Assembly: GCA_040754455.1 (NCBI GenBank)
Contig: JBFMCP010000024.1
Location: forward strand, 1 to 51,227
Source of the DNA: Nitrospirota bacterium
GTDB lineage: Bacteria > Nitrospirota > Thermodesulfovibrionia > Thermodesulfovibrionales > Dissulfurispiraceae
Direction: 5' to 3'
Length of the DNA: 51,227 nucleotides
Made by a program: the position numbers and the translations under genes. The notes beneath the pieces were generated by a model, which made no database searches, had not been told where the DNA came from, and saw only the letters and a program-made list of their open reading frames with translations. Below, in pieces: positions 41,423 to 50,734 of the stretch. The first letter of the stretch is position 1; every line of letters begins with the position of its first letter.

Positions 41423-44400
41423 ATGCACGACGACCGTTCACCATGGAGATTTGCCATCGACAGAGGCGGAACCTTCACCGATATCATCGGTGTCGATAGC
41501 GCCGGACGTTTCCACACCCTTAAGCTCCTTTCGAATGCTCCCGGGTATGATGACGCCTCATTAGAGGGCATTAGGAGAATCCTCCGTGTACCTTCCGGTA
41601 TACCCCTGCCGGAAGAGCGCATTGCATCGATACGGTTCGGCACCACGGTTGCCACCAATGCCCTGCTCGAAGGAAAGGGGGGCAGGGTTGCGCTCTTCAT
41701 TACCGAGGGGTTCGCCGATCTCCTCGAGATCGGCCACCAGGCAAGGCCCGATATATTCAGCCTCTGCATCAAAAAGCCCCTGCCGCTCTATGCTGCAGTG
41801 TTTGAAATGGAAGAACGCATCAGCAGCAGCGGCGATATTCTCAAACCGCTGAATGAAGAAAAGCTGTCCGCCGATATCGAGCAACTCAAGACAATGGCAA
41901 TCGATGCGGTAGCAGTCGTTTCGATGCACTCCTGGAAAAATCCGGAACATGAGCTCCTCTGCGAAACGGTCCTGAGAGCGCAGGGGATCGAACACATCTT
42001 CCTCTCCCATCGCTGTATGAACACCATAAAAATAGTGGGCAGGGGACAGAGCACGATTATTGATGCCTATCTGAGCGCACCTCTCGCTCGTTATCTCGAG
42101 ACAATACGAAAGCATACAGGATCGATTCCTGTCGGCTTCATGCAGAGCTCGGGAAGGCTCGCTGCCACAGACGACTTCACTGGTAAAAGCGCGCTGCTCT
42201 CAGGTCCCGCTGGCGGTGTCATCGCCGTCGCCGACATCTGCAGAAAGACCGGCGTGAAAGGGGCTATTGGGTTCGATATGGGCGGTACATCCACGGATGT
42301 AACGAGATTCGACGGCACGTTCGACCGCGCCTATGAGCAGGCTATCGGCGGGATAGAATTCCAGACGGAAACATTGAACATCACGACCGTCGCCTCAGGC
42401 GGCGGCTCCCTGCTCTGGTTCGACGGCGAGAGAATGCGGGTAGGCCCTGAATCAGCAGGCGCCCTTCCCGGCCCTGCCTGTTACGGGTTCGGAGGGCCGC
42501 TCACCATCACCGATGCGAACCTGCTCACCGGGAGGATCATTCCCGAATACTTTCCGAAGACCTTCGGTCCTGCCAGGAACGCACCGCTCGATGCTGCTGA
42601 TGCTGCGCTGAAGCTCAGAAGCCTTACCGACACCATTAACCATGCAACTGGTACGACGATGTCGCTGGAAGAGACGGCGTCAGGGTTTCTCAGGATTGCC
42701 AATGAAACAATGGCAATGGCGATCAAAGAGATTTCCATTGCGAGAGGCTTTGAGGTGTCAGATTACGCGCTTGTCTGTTTCGGAGGTGCCGGAGGCCAGC
42801 ATGCCTGCGCCGTCGCCGCGATTCTCGGAATGAAAAACATCATCGTTCATCCCTTGTGCGGTCTTATGTCAGCCTACGGCATAGGTCTTGCTCAGCAGGC
42901 GGTACGGTCGACCCGCACAGTCCTTAGACCTTATCATGCCGCCGTCCATGATGAGCTGCACGCCTGCTACCGGGAAATGGAAAGCGCGCTCCTCACCGGA
43001 ACACAAGGGATGCTTGCTTCCCCTTCGGTCAAACGGGAGATCGACCTGCGTCTGCTGGGGAGCGATTCCTTTCTCACCGTTGAGTATACGACGTTCGAGG
43101 AAACGGTCGGAGCATTCAGGACAGCCTATTTCACCATCTTTGGTTTTTTCCCTGAAGAGGCGGGGCTTGAGGCGGTGAACATCAGGGTCGAGGTCCGGGA
43201 TGAAAGAGGTCTCTTTCCTGAATACCGTGAGCCCTCCTCCCGCACCAGACGCTCACTCAGTCCGGCCTCATGGCACAGACTCTATTATCGGGGGCGATAC
43301 CATGAGGCTCCGGTGCATCACTGGCATGCTCTTCCTCTTAATGTGCCGATTGACGGCCCTGCAATCATAGTCGACCCTTATGCAACCATCATTGTGGAGC
43401 CGGGATTCGAAGCGGCTGTAAGCGAGCGTGGTACTCTTCATATCAAAACGACTGCCCTCACGGCACCAGAAGCGAGACCCAACAGGGGGCGTCCCGATCC
43501 AGTGCTCCTCGAGGTATTCAACAACCTCTTCCGCGGGATAGCGACCGAAATGGGATATGTCCTGAGAAATACCGCCCATTCGGTCAACATCAAGGAGCGG
43601 CTCGATTTCTCCTGCGCTGTTTTTGATGCAGAGGGCAACCTTGTGGCGAACGCGCCGCACATCCCAGTGCACCTCGGTTCAATGGCGGATACGGTCAAGG
43701 CGGTCATCGAGGACCATGGCCCGGCGATGAGGCCAGGAGATCTGTACCTCTCGAATAATCCATACAGAGGCGGCTCCCATCTTCCTGATATAACGCTCGT
43801 CTGCCCCGTTTTCGCAGATAGCGGTGAGATCCTGTTCTTTACTGCTGCACGGGGGCATCATGCCGACATCGGGGGGATCACGCCGGGCTCTCTTCCCTCT
43901 GTAGTAACGCATATCGACGAGGAAGGCGTCCTCATCGACTCCATCAAGGTCGCGGCTGGTGGAAAGTTCTTCGAGCACGAGATAAGGGAAGTCCTCTTAC
44001 GCCACCGGTATCCGGTGCGCACTATCACTGAGCGTCTCCTTGATCTCAAGGCACAGATCGCTGCATGCCGCAACGGCATGCGTGAGCTCCGAAGAATCAT
44101 GGAAAAATACGGACGGGAAACGGTCGTGCGCTACATGGGGCTCATCCGGGAAAACGCAGCCAGGTCGGTACAACAGAGCCTCCTCCGGTTTCTCGGCAGC
44201 GATACTATCTTTACCTCCTCCTTTGAGGACTTTCTTGACGACGGCACGCCGATTAGGGTGCGCATCTCGGTAAGGGCAGACACTGCTTCTCCCGAGACCG
44301 TGCGGGCTGTGATTGATTTTACCGGCACCGGCGCGCAGCACAGCGATGACAACCTCAACGCCCCTCTTTCAGTTACCCGTTCAGCAGTGCTCTATGTCCT

Positions 44401-45061
44401 CCGATCCATTGCAAGCTGTGATATCCCCTTAAACAGCGGGTGTCTGAAACCGATAACTTTGATCGTACCCGAGGGATCTCTGCTCAATCCCGCGTACCCA
44501 GTCCCGGTTGCTTCGGGCAATGTAGAGACCTCGCAGCGCATTGTCGATGTCCTGCTCGGCGCTTTCGGCATTGCCGCTGCATCCCAGGGCACCATGAACA
44601 ACCTTCTCTTCGAGGTTGAGGGCGATACTCCCTATTACGAGACCATTGCCGGCGGGGCCGGCGCGATGCAGGATTGTCCCGGTGCATCGGGGGTACAAGT
44701 ACACATGACCAACACACGGATCACCGACCCCGAAGTGCTCGAATTCCGGCATCCCGGAGTGTTGCTCAACCGATTCTCGATCAGAAAGGGTTCAGGGGGA
44801 GAAGGGCGATTCCGCGGCGGGGACGGCGTTGTAAGAGAAATTACCTTTCTGAAACCAGCATCGGTATCGATCATCTCTGAACGAAGAGTTCACGCCCCTT
44901 ACGGAATGGAAGGCGGCGATCCGGGAAAAAGAGGCGCCAATTTCCTGAAGACCGCGGACGGCTCATTGAAAGAGCTCCCCCACAGGATTTCACTTACTCT
45001 TAAAAACAATGACTCTCTCATCATCGAAACCCCAGGTGGCGGGGGATTCGGCAGGAGATGA
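41423..45061 (+). CDS. Single-chain hydantoinase/5-oxoprolinase (A+B fusion)
   Basis: [75 protein letters not shown]. Confidence 0.95.
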   Translation: MHDDRSPWRFAIDRGGTFTDIIGVDSAGRFHTLKLLSNAPGYDDASLEGIRRILRVPSGIPLPEERIASIRFGTTVATNALLEGKGGRVALFITEGFADLLEIGHQARPDIFSLCIKKPLPLYAAVFEMEERISSSGDILKPLNEEKLSADIEQLKTMAIDAVAVVSMHSWKNPEHELLCETVLRAQGIEHIFLSHRCMNTIKIVGRGQSTIIDAYLSAPLARYLETIRKHTGSIPVGFMQSSGRLAATDDFTGKSALLSGPAGGVIAVADICRKTGVKGAIGFDMGGTSTDVTRFDGTFDRAYEQAIGGIEFQTETLNITTVASGGGSLLWFDGERMRVGPESAGALPGPACYGFGGPLTITDANLLTGRIIPEYFPKTFGPARNAPLDAADAALKLRSLTDTINHATGTTMSLEETASGFLRIANETMAMAIKEISIARGFEVSDYALVCFGGAGGQHACAVAAILGMKNIIVHPLCGLMSAYGIGLAQQAVRSTRTVLRPYHAAVHDELHACYREMESALLTGTQGMLASPSVKREIDLRLLGSDSFLTVEYTTFEETVGAFRTAYFTIFGFFPEEAGLEAVNIRVEVRDERGLFPEYREPSSRTRRSLSPASWHRLYYRGRYHEAPVHHWHALPLNVPIDGPAIIVDPYATIIVEPGFEAAVSERGTLHIKTTALTAPEARPNRGRPDPVLLEVFNNLFRGIATEMGYVLRNTAHSVNIKERLDFSCAVFDAEGNLVANAPHIPVHLGSMADTVKAVIEDHGPAMRPGDLYLSNNPYRGGSHLPDITLVCPVFADSGEILFFTAARGHHADIGGITPGSLPSVVTHIDEEGVLIDSIKVAAGGKFFEHEIREVLLRHRYPVRTITERLLDLKAQIAACRNGMRELRRIMEKYGRETVVRYMGLIRENAARSVQQSLLRFLGSDTIFTSSFEDFLDDGTPIRVRISVRADTASPETVRAVIDFTGTGAQHSDDNLNAPLSVTRSAVLYVLRSIASCDIPLNSGCLKPITLIVPEGSLLNPAYPVPVASGNVETSQRIVDVLLGAFGIAAASQGTMNNLLFEVEGDTPYYETIAGGAGAMQDCPGASGVQVHMTNTRITDPEVLEFRHPGVLLNRFSIRKGSGGEGRFRGGDGVVREITFLKPASVSIISERRVHAPYGMEGGDPGKRGANFLKTADGSLKELPHRISLTLKNNDSLIIETPGGGGFGRR

Positions 45062-45256
45062 TCAGCAGCCGGAAACGCCGGGAGTGCATCCCCCAATTCA
45101 TCCGGAGCTATCGTCTTTGCAACAACAGAGAGCACTGCACGGGCATGGCGCTGTGCCGCATCGATGTTCGAGAGATCGGTCCTGTTCTGAATCCTTTCCC
45201 GGAAATCCGGGGGTCGCATACAGCTTTTCCTGTCTCTTTGTCCCCATCGGACCGCG

Positions 45257-45288
45257 GTACGACCGCTTTTTTGCAGAGGCGGTCGTAC
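45257..45288. terminator. Hairpin between convergent transcription units (putative terminator)
   Basis: GTACGACCGC-N12-GCGGTCGTAC, a 10-bp stem between the oxoprolinase gene (+) and the CRISPR array (-). No clear U-tract. Confidence 0.5.
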
Positions 45289-45354
45289 TGTATAGCAATC
45301 TTTTTAACAGCTGAGTTGCTTTCAGACAAGAATCGCATTCACTCTTTAATTCCC

Positions 45355-45460
45355 GTCGCAATCCCTTTTTCATAAGGTCTTCTTTGAATCGTATTGAGGC
45401 GGATTACTCCGGTAATACCGGAGAGTCGCAATCCCTTTTTCATAAGGTCTTCTTTGAATC
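45355..45460 (-). CRISPR. CRISPR mini-array: two identical 36-bp repeats and one 34-bp spacer
   Basis: Repeats at 45355-45390 and 45425-45460. On the minus strand they read GATTCAAAGAAGACCTTATGAAAAAGGGATTGCGAC, ending in the type III-style 8-nt handle ATTGCGAC after a CCTT/AAGG stem. Adjacent to cas2. A probable degenerate repeat lies at 45292-45327. Confidence 0.9.
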
Positions 45461-45554
45461 TGTCCTATCATAAACAGCCCAATAAAATGAGGATATTGGC
45501 AAAACGGCTGTACCAATTTTTTCACTCTCTCCAAGCAACCTGTACATCACCGCC
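45461..45554 (-). promoter_or_regulatory. Putative CRISPR leader
   Basis: 94-bp relatively AT-rich stretch between the cas2 stop and the first repeat, with a TATGAT -10-like hexamer 6 nt before the repeat on the minus strand. Confidence 0.55.
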
Positions 45555-45833
45555 TCACTCAAGAAATATATTGGCTCCGTCCGGCACCCTATCCTCACAT
45601 CCCATTATGCTTACAAGAGCTTTCGAAGGAAGCGGATATATCCTTACATCATCCTCTTTTTCCTTTATACGGCTCCTCAACTCTTCTGTGAGTTTCATCA
45701 GCTCCGGCCACGTCAGCGAACAATAAAAGACAGAATACTGGAGATGTATTCCCCTTCCTTTCATAAACCGCAGGACCCTGCCGAGCCTCTGGGGCTTGGT
45801 GATATCATAACAGACCGGATAGTGCGCCTTCAT
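45555..45833 (-). CDS. cas2: CRISPR-associated endonuclease Cas2 (second copy)
   Basis: VCYDI...RL..V...HLQYSVF...EDDVRIYPL. Confidence 0.93.
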   Translation of the reverse strand: MKAHYPVCYDITKPQRLGRVLRFMKGRGIHLQYSVFYCSLTWPELMKLTEELRSRIKEKEDDVRIYPLPSKALVSIMGCEDRVPDGANIFLE

Positions 45834-46651
45834 AGCCGCAATTCTCTCATCAACTCAAAAAGCTCATCAATAATATTCTCCACCATGTTGTGCACGGTGC
45901 GCCGCCTGTTTTCGAAGCGGTGAATAATGTCGTGCATCCCTTTATCGGTGATCCTCCAACAGTCCTTTCCTTTTGTAAGGTGAAGCGCCGGTTGAGCGGA
46001 TCTGAAGAACTGCAATGTCTGCATATCACTCTCGGCGCCCATGATGTGGCACAAATCCAGCACAAGACCGAAATTATGTCTCCGATGCAGCACGCCGAGG
46101 TGCGGATCAAGGTCTGCCTTGAGGAGTTGCTCCATAATCACCCCCCTGATCAGGTTGGTAATAATCCCCATCACCAGCGCCCAGCGCTCCTCGGCCTTCG
46201 GCTTCAGATCGGAGAGCAGACTCTGATAATCGCCTTCGCCTATGCCGTACCTCACCCTGGCGGGAGCAAGGCGACGGAGCCGCTTCATCATGTCTGTTTG
46301 GATGATCGTCCGCTTCGCCTGCGCCCATTCCTCATACCGCCTGATATGCTCATCACACTCGAGCAAGACCTTCTGCTCCTCGTAGTGTGTCGGCAGCTTG
46401 TGGTTGTAGGGGATCGCCATTGCAACCTCTTCGGCACCGTGCGTCATAAAGACCACCGGAACATCATGCTCCGCCAGCAGGGTGATAGCGCTGGCATCGA
46501 GCCGCACATTGCCTATGACGATCACCCTGCCGAGCAGCCTGACAGGGACTCGCTGGCCTGCCCTCTCTTTGGACTTCACCCAGACCGAAGGGCCGTCTCT
46601 TGTGACCACCAAATGGTTATTGGTCCCGTTCAGATAAAGGGTCCTTCCCAT
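45830..46651 (-). CDS. cas1: Divergent, shortened Cas1 paralog (probably catalytically impaired)
   Basis: Cas1-like N-terminal beta domain (TLYL...RVP...RVIVIGNVRLD...VPVVF) and LDPHLGVLH...LVLDL, but it lacks the RRPP.DPVNA.L segment and has DLCH instead of DLxE. Confidence 0.75.
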   Translation of the reverse strand: MGRTLYLNGTNNHLVVTRDGPSVWVKSKERAGQRVPVRLLGRVIVIGNVRLDASAITLLAEHDVPVVFMTHGAEEVAMAIPYNHKLPTHYEEQKVLLECDEHIRRYEEWAQAKRTIIQTDMMKRLRRLAPARVRYGIGEGDYQSLLSDLKPKAEERWALVMGIITNLIRGVIMEQLLKADLDPHLGVLHRRHNFGLVLDLCHIMGAESDMQTLQFFRSAQPALHLTKGKDCWRITDKGMHDIIHRFENRRRTVHNMVENIIDELFELMRELRL

Positions 46652-47585
46652 CCATAATCCCCCGCGCCAGGTTCCGTACCTCTTCCACCCATACAGGCCT
46701 CATCATCTTTGCCCACTCCTCATATTCGGGATAAAACCTTTTCCTGCTCTCTTTTTTGAGATAGCAGCCGGGCTTTTCATCATCATGCGCAAAATCGCGC
46801 GCTGCAAACTTCCGGTCCCTGAACAATTCCCAGACGAACCGGTCGACATCAGGACGGTAGGGCTCCACCAGATCGCACGCAAGAGAATCCCTGCCGTAAA
46901 CGAAACGGTGGAAAAATCCTATCGTCGGATCAAGCCCGATGACCTCGATCTCCCTGACCATCTCGTAATGGAGCAGTGTATAGCAGAGTAAGAGCATGGC
47001 GTTCACCGGGTCTTCGGGCGGTCTCCGGTTGCGCCGCTCGAATTCGAGCGAGTCCGGAAACATTGCCGTATATGCGGAGAAGTACGCTGCCCCGGCTCCC
47101 CCTTCGTGTCCCCGGAGGGTATCAACCCCGGCATTCTGTGCCTGAATCGTCTCGATTATTCCTGAAAGCACCCTTATCGCAGTAGTGAGCTCAAGCCTGA
47201 GATCAGGCCTCCGGCCCTTGACTTCTTCCAGCAAATCCCTCTGCCCGATGACTTTCCGCAGCACAATATCCCGTGCGGTGTCGAGTGCAAATCTCGAGGT
47301 CGATTTTTCGTACTGCCTTATGCGGAGCAGCCCGTTATTGTGGACTTTGCCGTGGAGCATGCCGCAAAAGCGTAGCCGTTTCCCGGAAAGAAACACCACG
47401 CTCGCCCCTCCATCGGCAAGCCTGTGGAGGACAGGGGTATCGATCGATATATGTCCGACGACCACCACCCGTTTCAGGGGGTTGACAGGAACAATGCCCT
47501 GCCGCTCACCCTGTGAGTAGAAGGCAAGGGCATTGCCGTCGAGCTTCACATGGATGTCTCTTCTGTCGATATAGAGAGTTCCCAT
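46617..47585 (-). CDS. cas1: CRISPR-associated endonuclease Cas1 (canonical)
   Basis: LRGHEGGAGAAYF, RRNRRPPEDPVNAML..CY, GLDPTIGFFH, SLACDLVEPYRP. Confidence 0.96.
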   Translation of the reverse strand: MGTLYIDRRDIHVKLDGNALAFYSQGERQGIVPVNPLKRVVVVGHISIDTPVLHRLADGGASVVFLSGKRLRFCGMLHGKVHNNGLLRIRQYEKSTSRFALDTARDIVLRKVIGQRDLLEEVKGRRPDLRLELTTAIRVLSGIIETIQAQNAGVDTLRGHEGGAGAAYFSAYTAMFPDSLEFERRNRRPPEDPVNAMLLLCYTLLHYEMVREIEVIGLDPTIGFFHRFVYGRDSLACDLVEPYRPDVDRFVWELFRDRKFAARDFAHDDEKPGCYLKKESRKRFYPEYEEWAKMMRPVWVEEVRNLARGIMDGKDPLSERDQ

Positions 47586-47587
47586 GG

Positions 47588-47869
47588 CTATCCAAAATAA
47601 AAATAATCGGGGTCCTTCGGCTGGACCGCAATGCCAAGGACATGAGTCCTGCTTCTGCCATCCATCCGGAAGATGTGGACCCTGTCCTCGGCATTGAGGA
47701 TCAACCTGCCGAGCGTATGCATTACGTGCTTCAGCTCCCCGTCAGTCAGGAAGCACTCAAAGACCGACTTCTGCCCACCCGTGCTATAGCCCTTCAGCAC
47801 ATACCGCACGCTGTTGAGCCGCTTTTCGTCCCGAATATCATAGGCGATGAGGTAAAGCGTCCTCTCCAT
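47588..47869 (-). CDS. cas2: CRISPR-associated endonuclease Cas2 (first copy)
   Basis: YLIAYDIRDEKRL...QKSVFECFL...EDRV. Confidence 0.93.
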   Translation of the reverse strand: MERTLYLIAYDIRDEKRLNSVRYVLKGYSTGGQKSVFECFLTDGELKHVMHTLGRLILNAEDRVHIFRMDGRSRTHVLGIAVQPKDPDYFYFG

Positions 47870-47961
47870 GGAAAATAGTAAAAGAGATCGGACGCCGCAG
47901 TCAGCAAAAGAAATAGTGCGGCAATATTTCTCTTTCCTGAGTTGTCAAAGAGCAGGTGATA

Positions 47962-48342
47962 TTACAGTCGTACAATAATTTTTGAGATATCCGCCATCGG
48001 ATAGTGCTTTCCGTTGCCTGTCGCAAGGGCAGCGTGCTTTATAAAAGCGGTGGCTGCAATTATGCAATCATCAAGTTCCAGGGATTGTCTTTTCTCGTCG
48101 CGCTTGTACTTTCCTGCCTTTTCGGCAACCTCGCGTGTCACATTGATGATATTCAAACTATCAAGAAGCTCCGTTGTTTTTTCCCTCTCACGTTCTCTCA
48201 TGCCCGCATGAATTTCGGCAACAGTTATTGCCGAACAATAGATCGTCGAGTCTTCAAGAAGCGAAACCAGATAATCTCTCGCCTTTTCTCTACCCCTCAG
48301 GAAATCTATAAGAATATCGGTATCAACAAGAACGTTTTTCAT
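47962..48342 (-). CDS. vapC: VapC-family PIN-domain toxin
   Basis: VLVDTDILID, AEI..G, LDDCIIAATA, TGNGKHY. Confidence 0.9.
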   Translation of the reverse strand: MKNVLVDTDILIDFLRGREKARDYLVSLLEDSTIYCSAITVAEIHAGMREREREKTTELLDSLNIINVTREVAEKAGKYKRDEKRQSLELDDCIIAATAFIKHAALATGNGKHYPMADISKIIVRL

Positions 48343-48614
48343 TTCTGCCGTCCGGCCCTCACCGACTTTCTGAGCTTCCTGACATACACTTCCGTACCGT
48401 CTTTCAGTTCAGGATGGTCTCTGTCCTTCCATGCCCCGAAGCTCTCACGGATGGCTTTCTCCAATCTCAAACGCTTTAACTCATGCCGCAAGGCATCGGC
48501 GACAACCTTGCTCTGCTGTCTTTTCGATACTGTTCTTTTCAATTCATCGAGCAGGTCTTCCGGCAGAAGAAAGTTTGCCTGTTTCGTTGCTGTGCTCATA
48601 CTACTTTCCTCCAT
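48339..48614 (-). CDS. Putative RHH-type antitoxin of the VapC toxin
   Basis: ANFLLPEDLLDELK...SKVVADALR...FGAWKD..HPEL, 4-bp overlap with vapC. Start may be 48599. Confidence 0.78.
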   Translation of the reverse strand: MEESSMSTATKQANFLLPEDLLDELKRTVSKRQQSKVVADALRHELKRLRLEKAIRESFGAWKDRDHPELKDGTEVYVRKLRKSVRAGRQK

Positions 48615-48659
48615 AGATATTTGTATAGATATTAGCCTATACAGTAAACTATGTCAATT

Positions 48660-48914
48660 TCAATCAGGGCTGTGGTCGAAAATCACCACATCGCCCGTAA
48701 CCGGGCTTCGGTATACCAGCCGCCGCGCCTTGCCGTGCAACGAATGGGCGATCTTGAGATAGAGCCACACCGGTCCGGCGCCGGTGAGCACAACCTCGTT
48801 CCCCGCGCCTGCCATCTCCCGTGCCTTTCGGACGTATGAGTCGAGCTCGGAGAGCCTGGCGGAAGGGGTAGAGGAATAGAGGGATTCGACGTTGATAATT
48901 ATTTCCTGAGCCAT
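48660..48914 (-). CDS. csx3: Csx3 (Crn3)-like ring nuclease
   Basis: VVLTGAGPVWLY..IAHSLH...YRSP resembles the Csx3 core (GxGPxWL...H...Y.P); overlaps the Card1 stop. Confidence 0.78.
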   Translation of the reverse strand: MAQEIIINVESLYSSTPSARLSELDSYVRKAREMAGAGNEVVLTGAGPVWLYLKIAHSLHGKARRLVYRSPVTGDVVIFDHSPD

Positions 48915-50026
48915 TGTTTTAATGTATCCTTGAGCATGATAATATTTTTCCCGTCGATAAGATCAATTCCTAAAACCTTTGCTCTTTCCCTTATCGCAGG
49001 ATCGTCTATACGTCGTGCAGACGCGAGCATTTTCTTGCCGAACAGTCCAAGCGCCTTATCGCTGAGAGAGTCGAGCTCATAAAGGTAATGTCTGCCGACG
49101 CCTTCGGCGTCACCCTCCGTAATACGATCGGGGTTTGCAGTTTTACAGGAGATATAAAAAAGGCGGTTACCCTTCGAAATCATGACATCGAATTCATTTT
49201 TCGGCTGATATTTGCCCTTCGTAAGCCATCTACCTTCAATATTTAACCACACTTCATCAGCTCCGGCATCTTTGGCTGTCAGATAAACATATTCCTCAAA
49301 CCATATACCCTTAAGGTATCTGAGAGCATCATATTCCTGAATTTCAATGCTGCCATCGTCCCTTCTTGTGACACCTTTGAGGAGCGTAATATGCGAAAGC
49401 AATTTGTGATTTCCGGGCAGTGCAAGAGAAATCGGCAAAGAGGAGTTGCTGTCATAGGCGTGAAGCCGACCGTTCAGCGAAGCAATTATCTTCTCATCAT
49501 GGGCAACCGTATGTGCGAGATAGTGTGTTAAGGTCTTCCGCGCATATATATAACTGTCATCTTTCACATGCGACGTAACCTGAAAGCCATAGGCTTCCAG
49601 ATAATCCTTAATAGATATTGTTACATTGATCGGATATTCAGCTTGCTCTTTTTCGGGGAAGAGCTTAAGAATTCTATTGGATTTTGTATCCACATAGTAA
49701 ATTGGCTTCCCTGACGTATAAAAAGCCTGAAATGTTCCAAGAGTGCCGATTTTTGTACCACCCGTAATGTTAAGGCTCACCTCGCAGTCAGAGCATTTCT
49801 TGATAACGCTCTCACTGACTCGTATGACATCATTTATATCATACGCTTCTATTCGCTCTGAACTGGCCTTAACTTTTTTGGCTGCTAAGATATCCATAAG
49901 AAAAGCAGCTTTTTCATCCATCTCGCTGGTCTTTAATAGTATGACCCCGTCAGGCTTTAGCTGCAGTACGGTTGTAAGAGTAGGAATGGGCTGGTCCGAC
50001 ACTAGACAAACATGGATGCGGCTCAT
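48899..50026 (-). CDS. Card1/Can2-family CARF + PD-(D/E)xK nuclease (DUF1887)
   Basis: CARF motifs VCLVSDQPIP and LNITGGTK; nuclease motifs GIWFEEY, NEFDV...YISCK, LYEL. Start at MSRIHV after AGGAG. Confidence 0.88.
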   Translation of the reverse strand: MSRIHVCLVSDQPIPTLTTVLQLKPDGVILLKTSEMDEKAAFLMDILAAKKVKASSERIEAYDINDVIRVSESVIKKCSDCEVSLNITGGTKIGTLGTFQAFYTSGKPIYYVDTKSNRILKLFPEKEQAEYPINVTISIKDYLEAYGFQVTSHVKDDSYIYARKTLTHYLAHTVAHDEKIIASLNGRLHAYDSNSSLPISLALPGNHKLLSHITLLKGVTRRDDGSIEIQEYDALRYLKGIWFEEYVYLTAKDAGADEVWLNIEGRWLTKGKYQPKNEFDVMISKGNRLFYISCKTANPDRITEGDAEGVGRHYLYELDSLSDKALGLFGKKMLASARRIDDPAIRERAKVLGIDLIDGKNIIMLKDTLKQWLRK

Positions 50027-50094
50027 AGTATCTCCTTTCTTGACAATCATCTTCATATCGCATACAATAGAAGCATATCAAGGAGGTGCAATAT

Positions 50095-50331
50095 ATGCGT
50101 GCGACATTAAACATACCCGACAACCTCATTGCCGAGGTGCAGAAACTCTCCGGCGAAAAGTCCAAGACAAAGGCGATTATCACTGCCATGGAAGAGTTTG
50201 TCCGACAGAAGAAAATCAAGGAACTGCTGGCGCTGAGGGGCAAAATACAGATCGATTATGATTGGGAAAAAGAAGAAGAGTTGGAAATGAAACATCAGGA
50301 AGAAAGGCTGAAACAACTTGAACAGCGATAA
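50095..50331 (+). CDS. vapB: VapB-family antitoxin
   Basis: MRATLNIPDNLI...KTKAIITAMEEF...LRGK, AGGAGG RBS, overlaps the downstream PIN gene. Confidence 0.85.
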   Translation: MRATLNIPDNLIAEVQKLSGEKSKTKAIITAMEEFVRQKKIKELLALRGKIQIDYDWEKEEELEMKHQEERLKQLEQR

Positions 50332-50713
50332 CAATAACGTTCTTGCCGACACCACAATCTGGATCGAGTACCTGAGGGGCAGTTCCAATGCATCAGCAAT
50401 TCTTGAATCCCTAATAATCGGAAAGAGGGTCTGGATATGCGGTCCTGTAGTTTTTGAACTGCTGCAGGGCGTGCGCTCTCCGAAACAGAAAGAGGCGGTA
50501 AAGAATGCCCTCAACGGTCTTCCATATGCGGAGATGTCGGGTGTTCTCTGGGAAAAGGCAGCCGAATCATACGTCTCCTTGAGAAAGAATGGGCTTACTG
50601 TCCCGTTATCTGATCTTTTTATCGCCGTTATTGCCATTGAACACGATCTCTCCGTCTTCACCCATGACAAACATTTTGAGCAAATACCTGGGGTGAAGTT
50701 GTATCAACCATAG
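50318..50713 (+). CDS. vapC: VapC-family PIN-domain toxin
   Basis: VLADTTIWIEY, ELLQG, SDLFIA, THDKHFEQIPG. Confidence 0.9.
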   Translation: MNSDNNNVLADTTIWIEYLRGSSNASAILESLIIGKRVWICGPVVFELLQGVRSPKQKEAVKNALNGLPYAEMSGVLWEKAAESYVSLRKNGLTVPLSDLFIAVIAIEHDLSVFTHDKHFEQIPGVKLYQP

Positions 50714-50734
50714 CGCCTCCCACAGGTTGCACAA

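Noticed and set aside
45213..45245. GTCGCA at 45213, about two repeat periods from the array, as a possible fourth degenerate repeat or a left-side leader motif
   Set aside because: Similarity is largely limited to the first 6 nt, it lies beyond the hairpin, and the ATTGCGAC handle plus the degenerate repeat favour a leader on the cas2 side.
45058..45375. 105-aa ORF after the oxoprolinase gene (also 45394-45726)
   Set aside because: They run through the hairpin, CRISPR repeats or antisense to cas2 and show no protein-like features.
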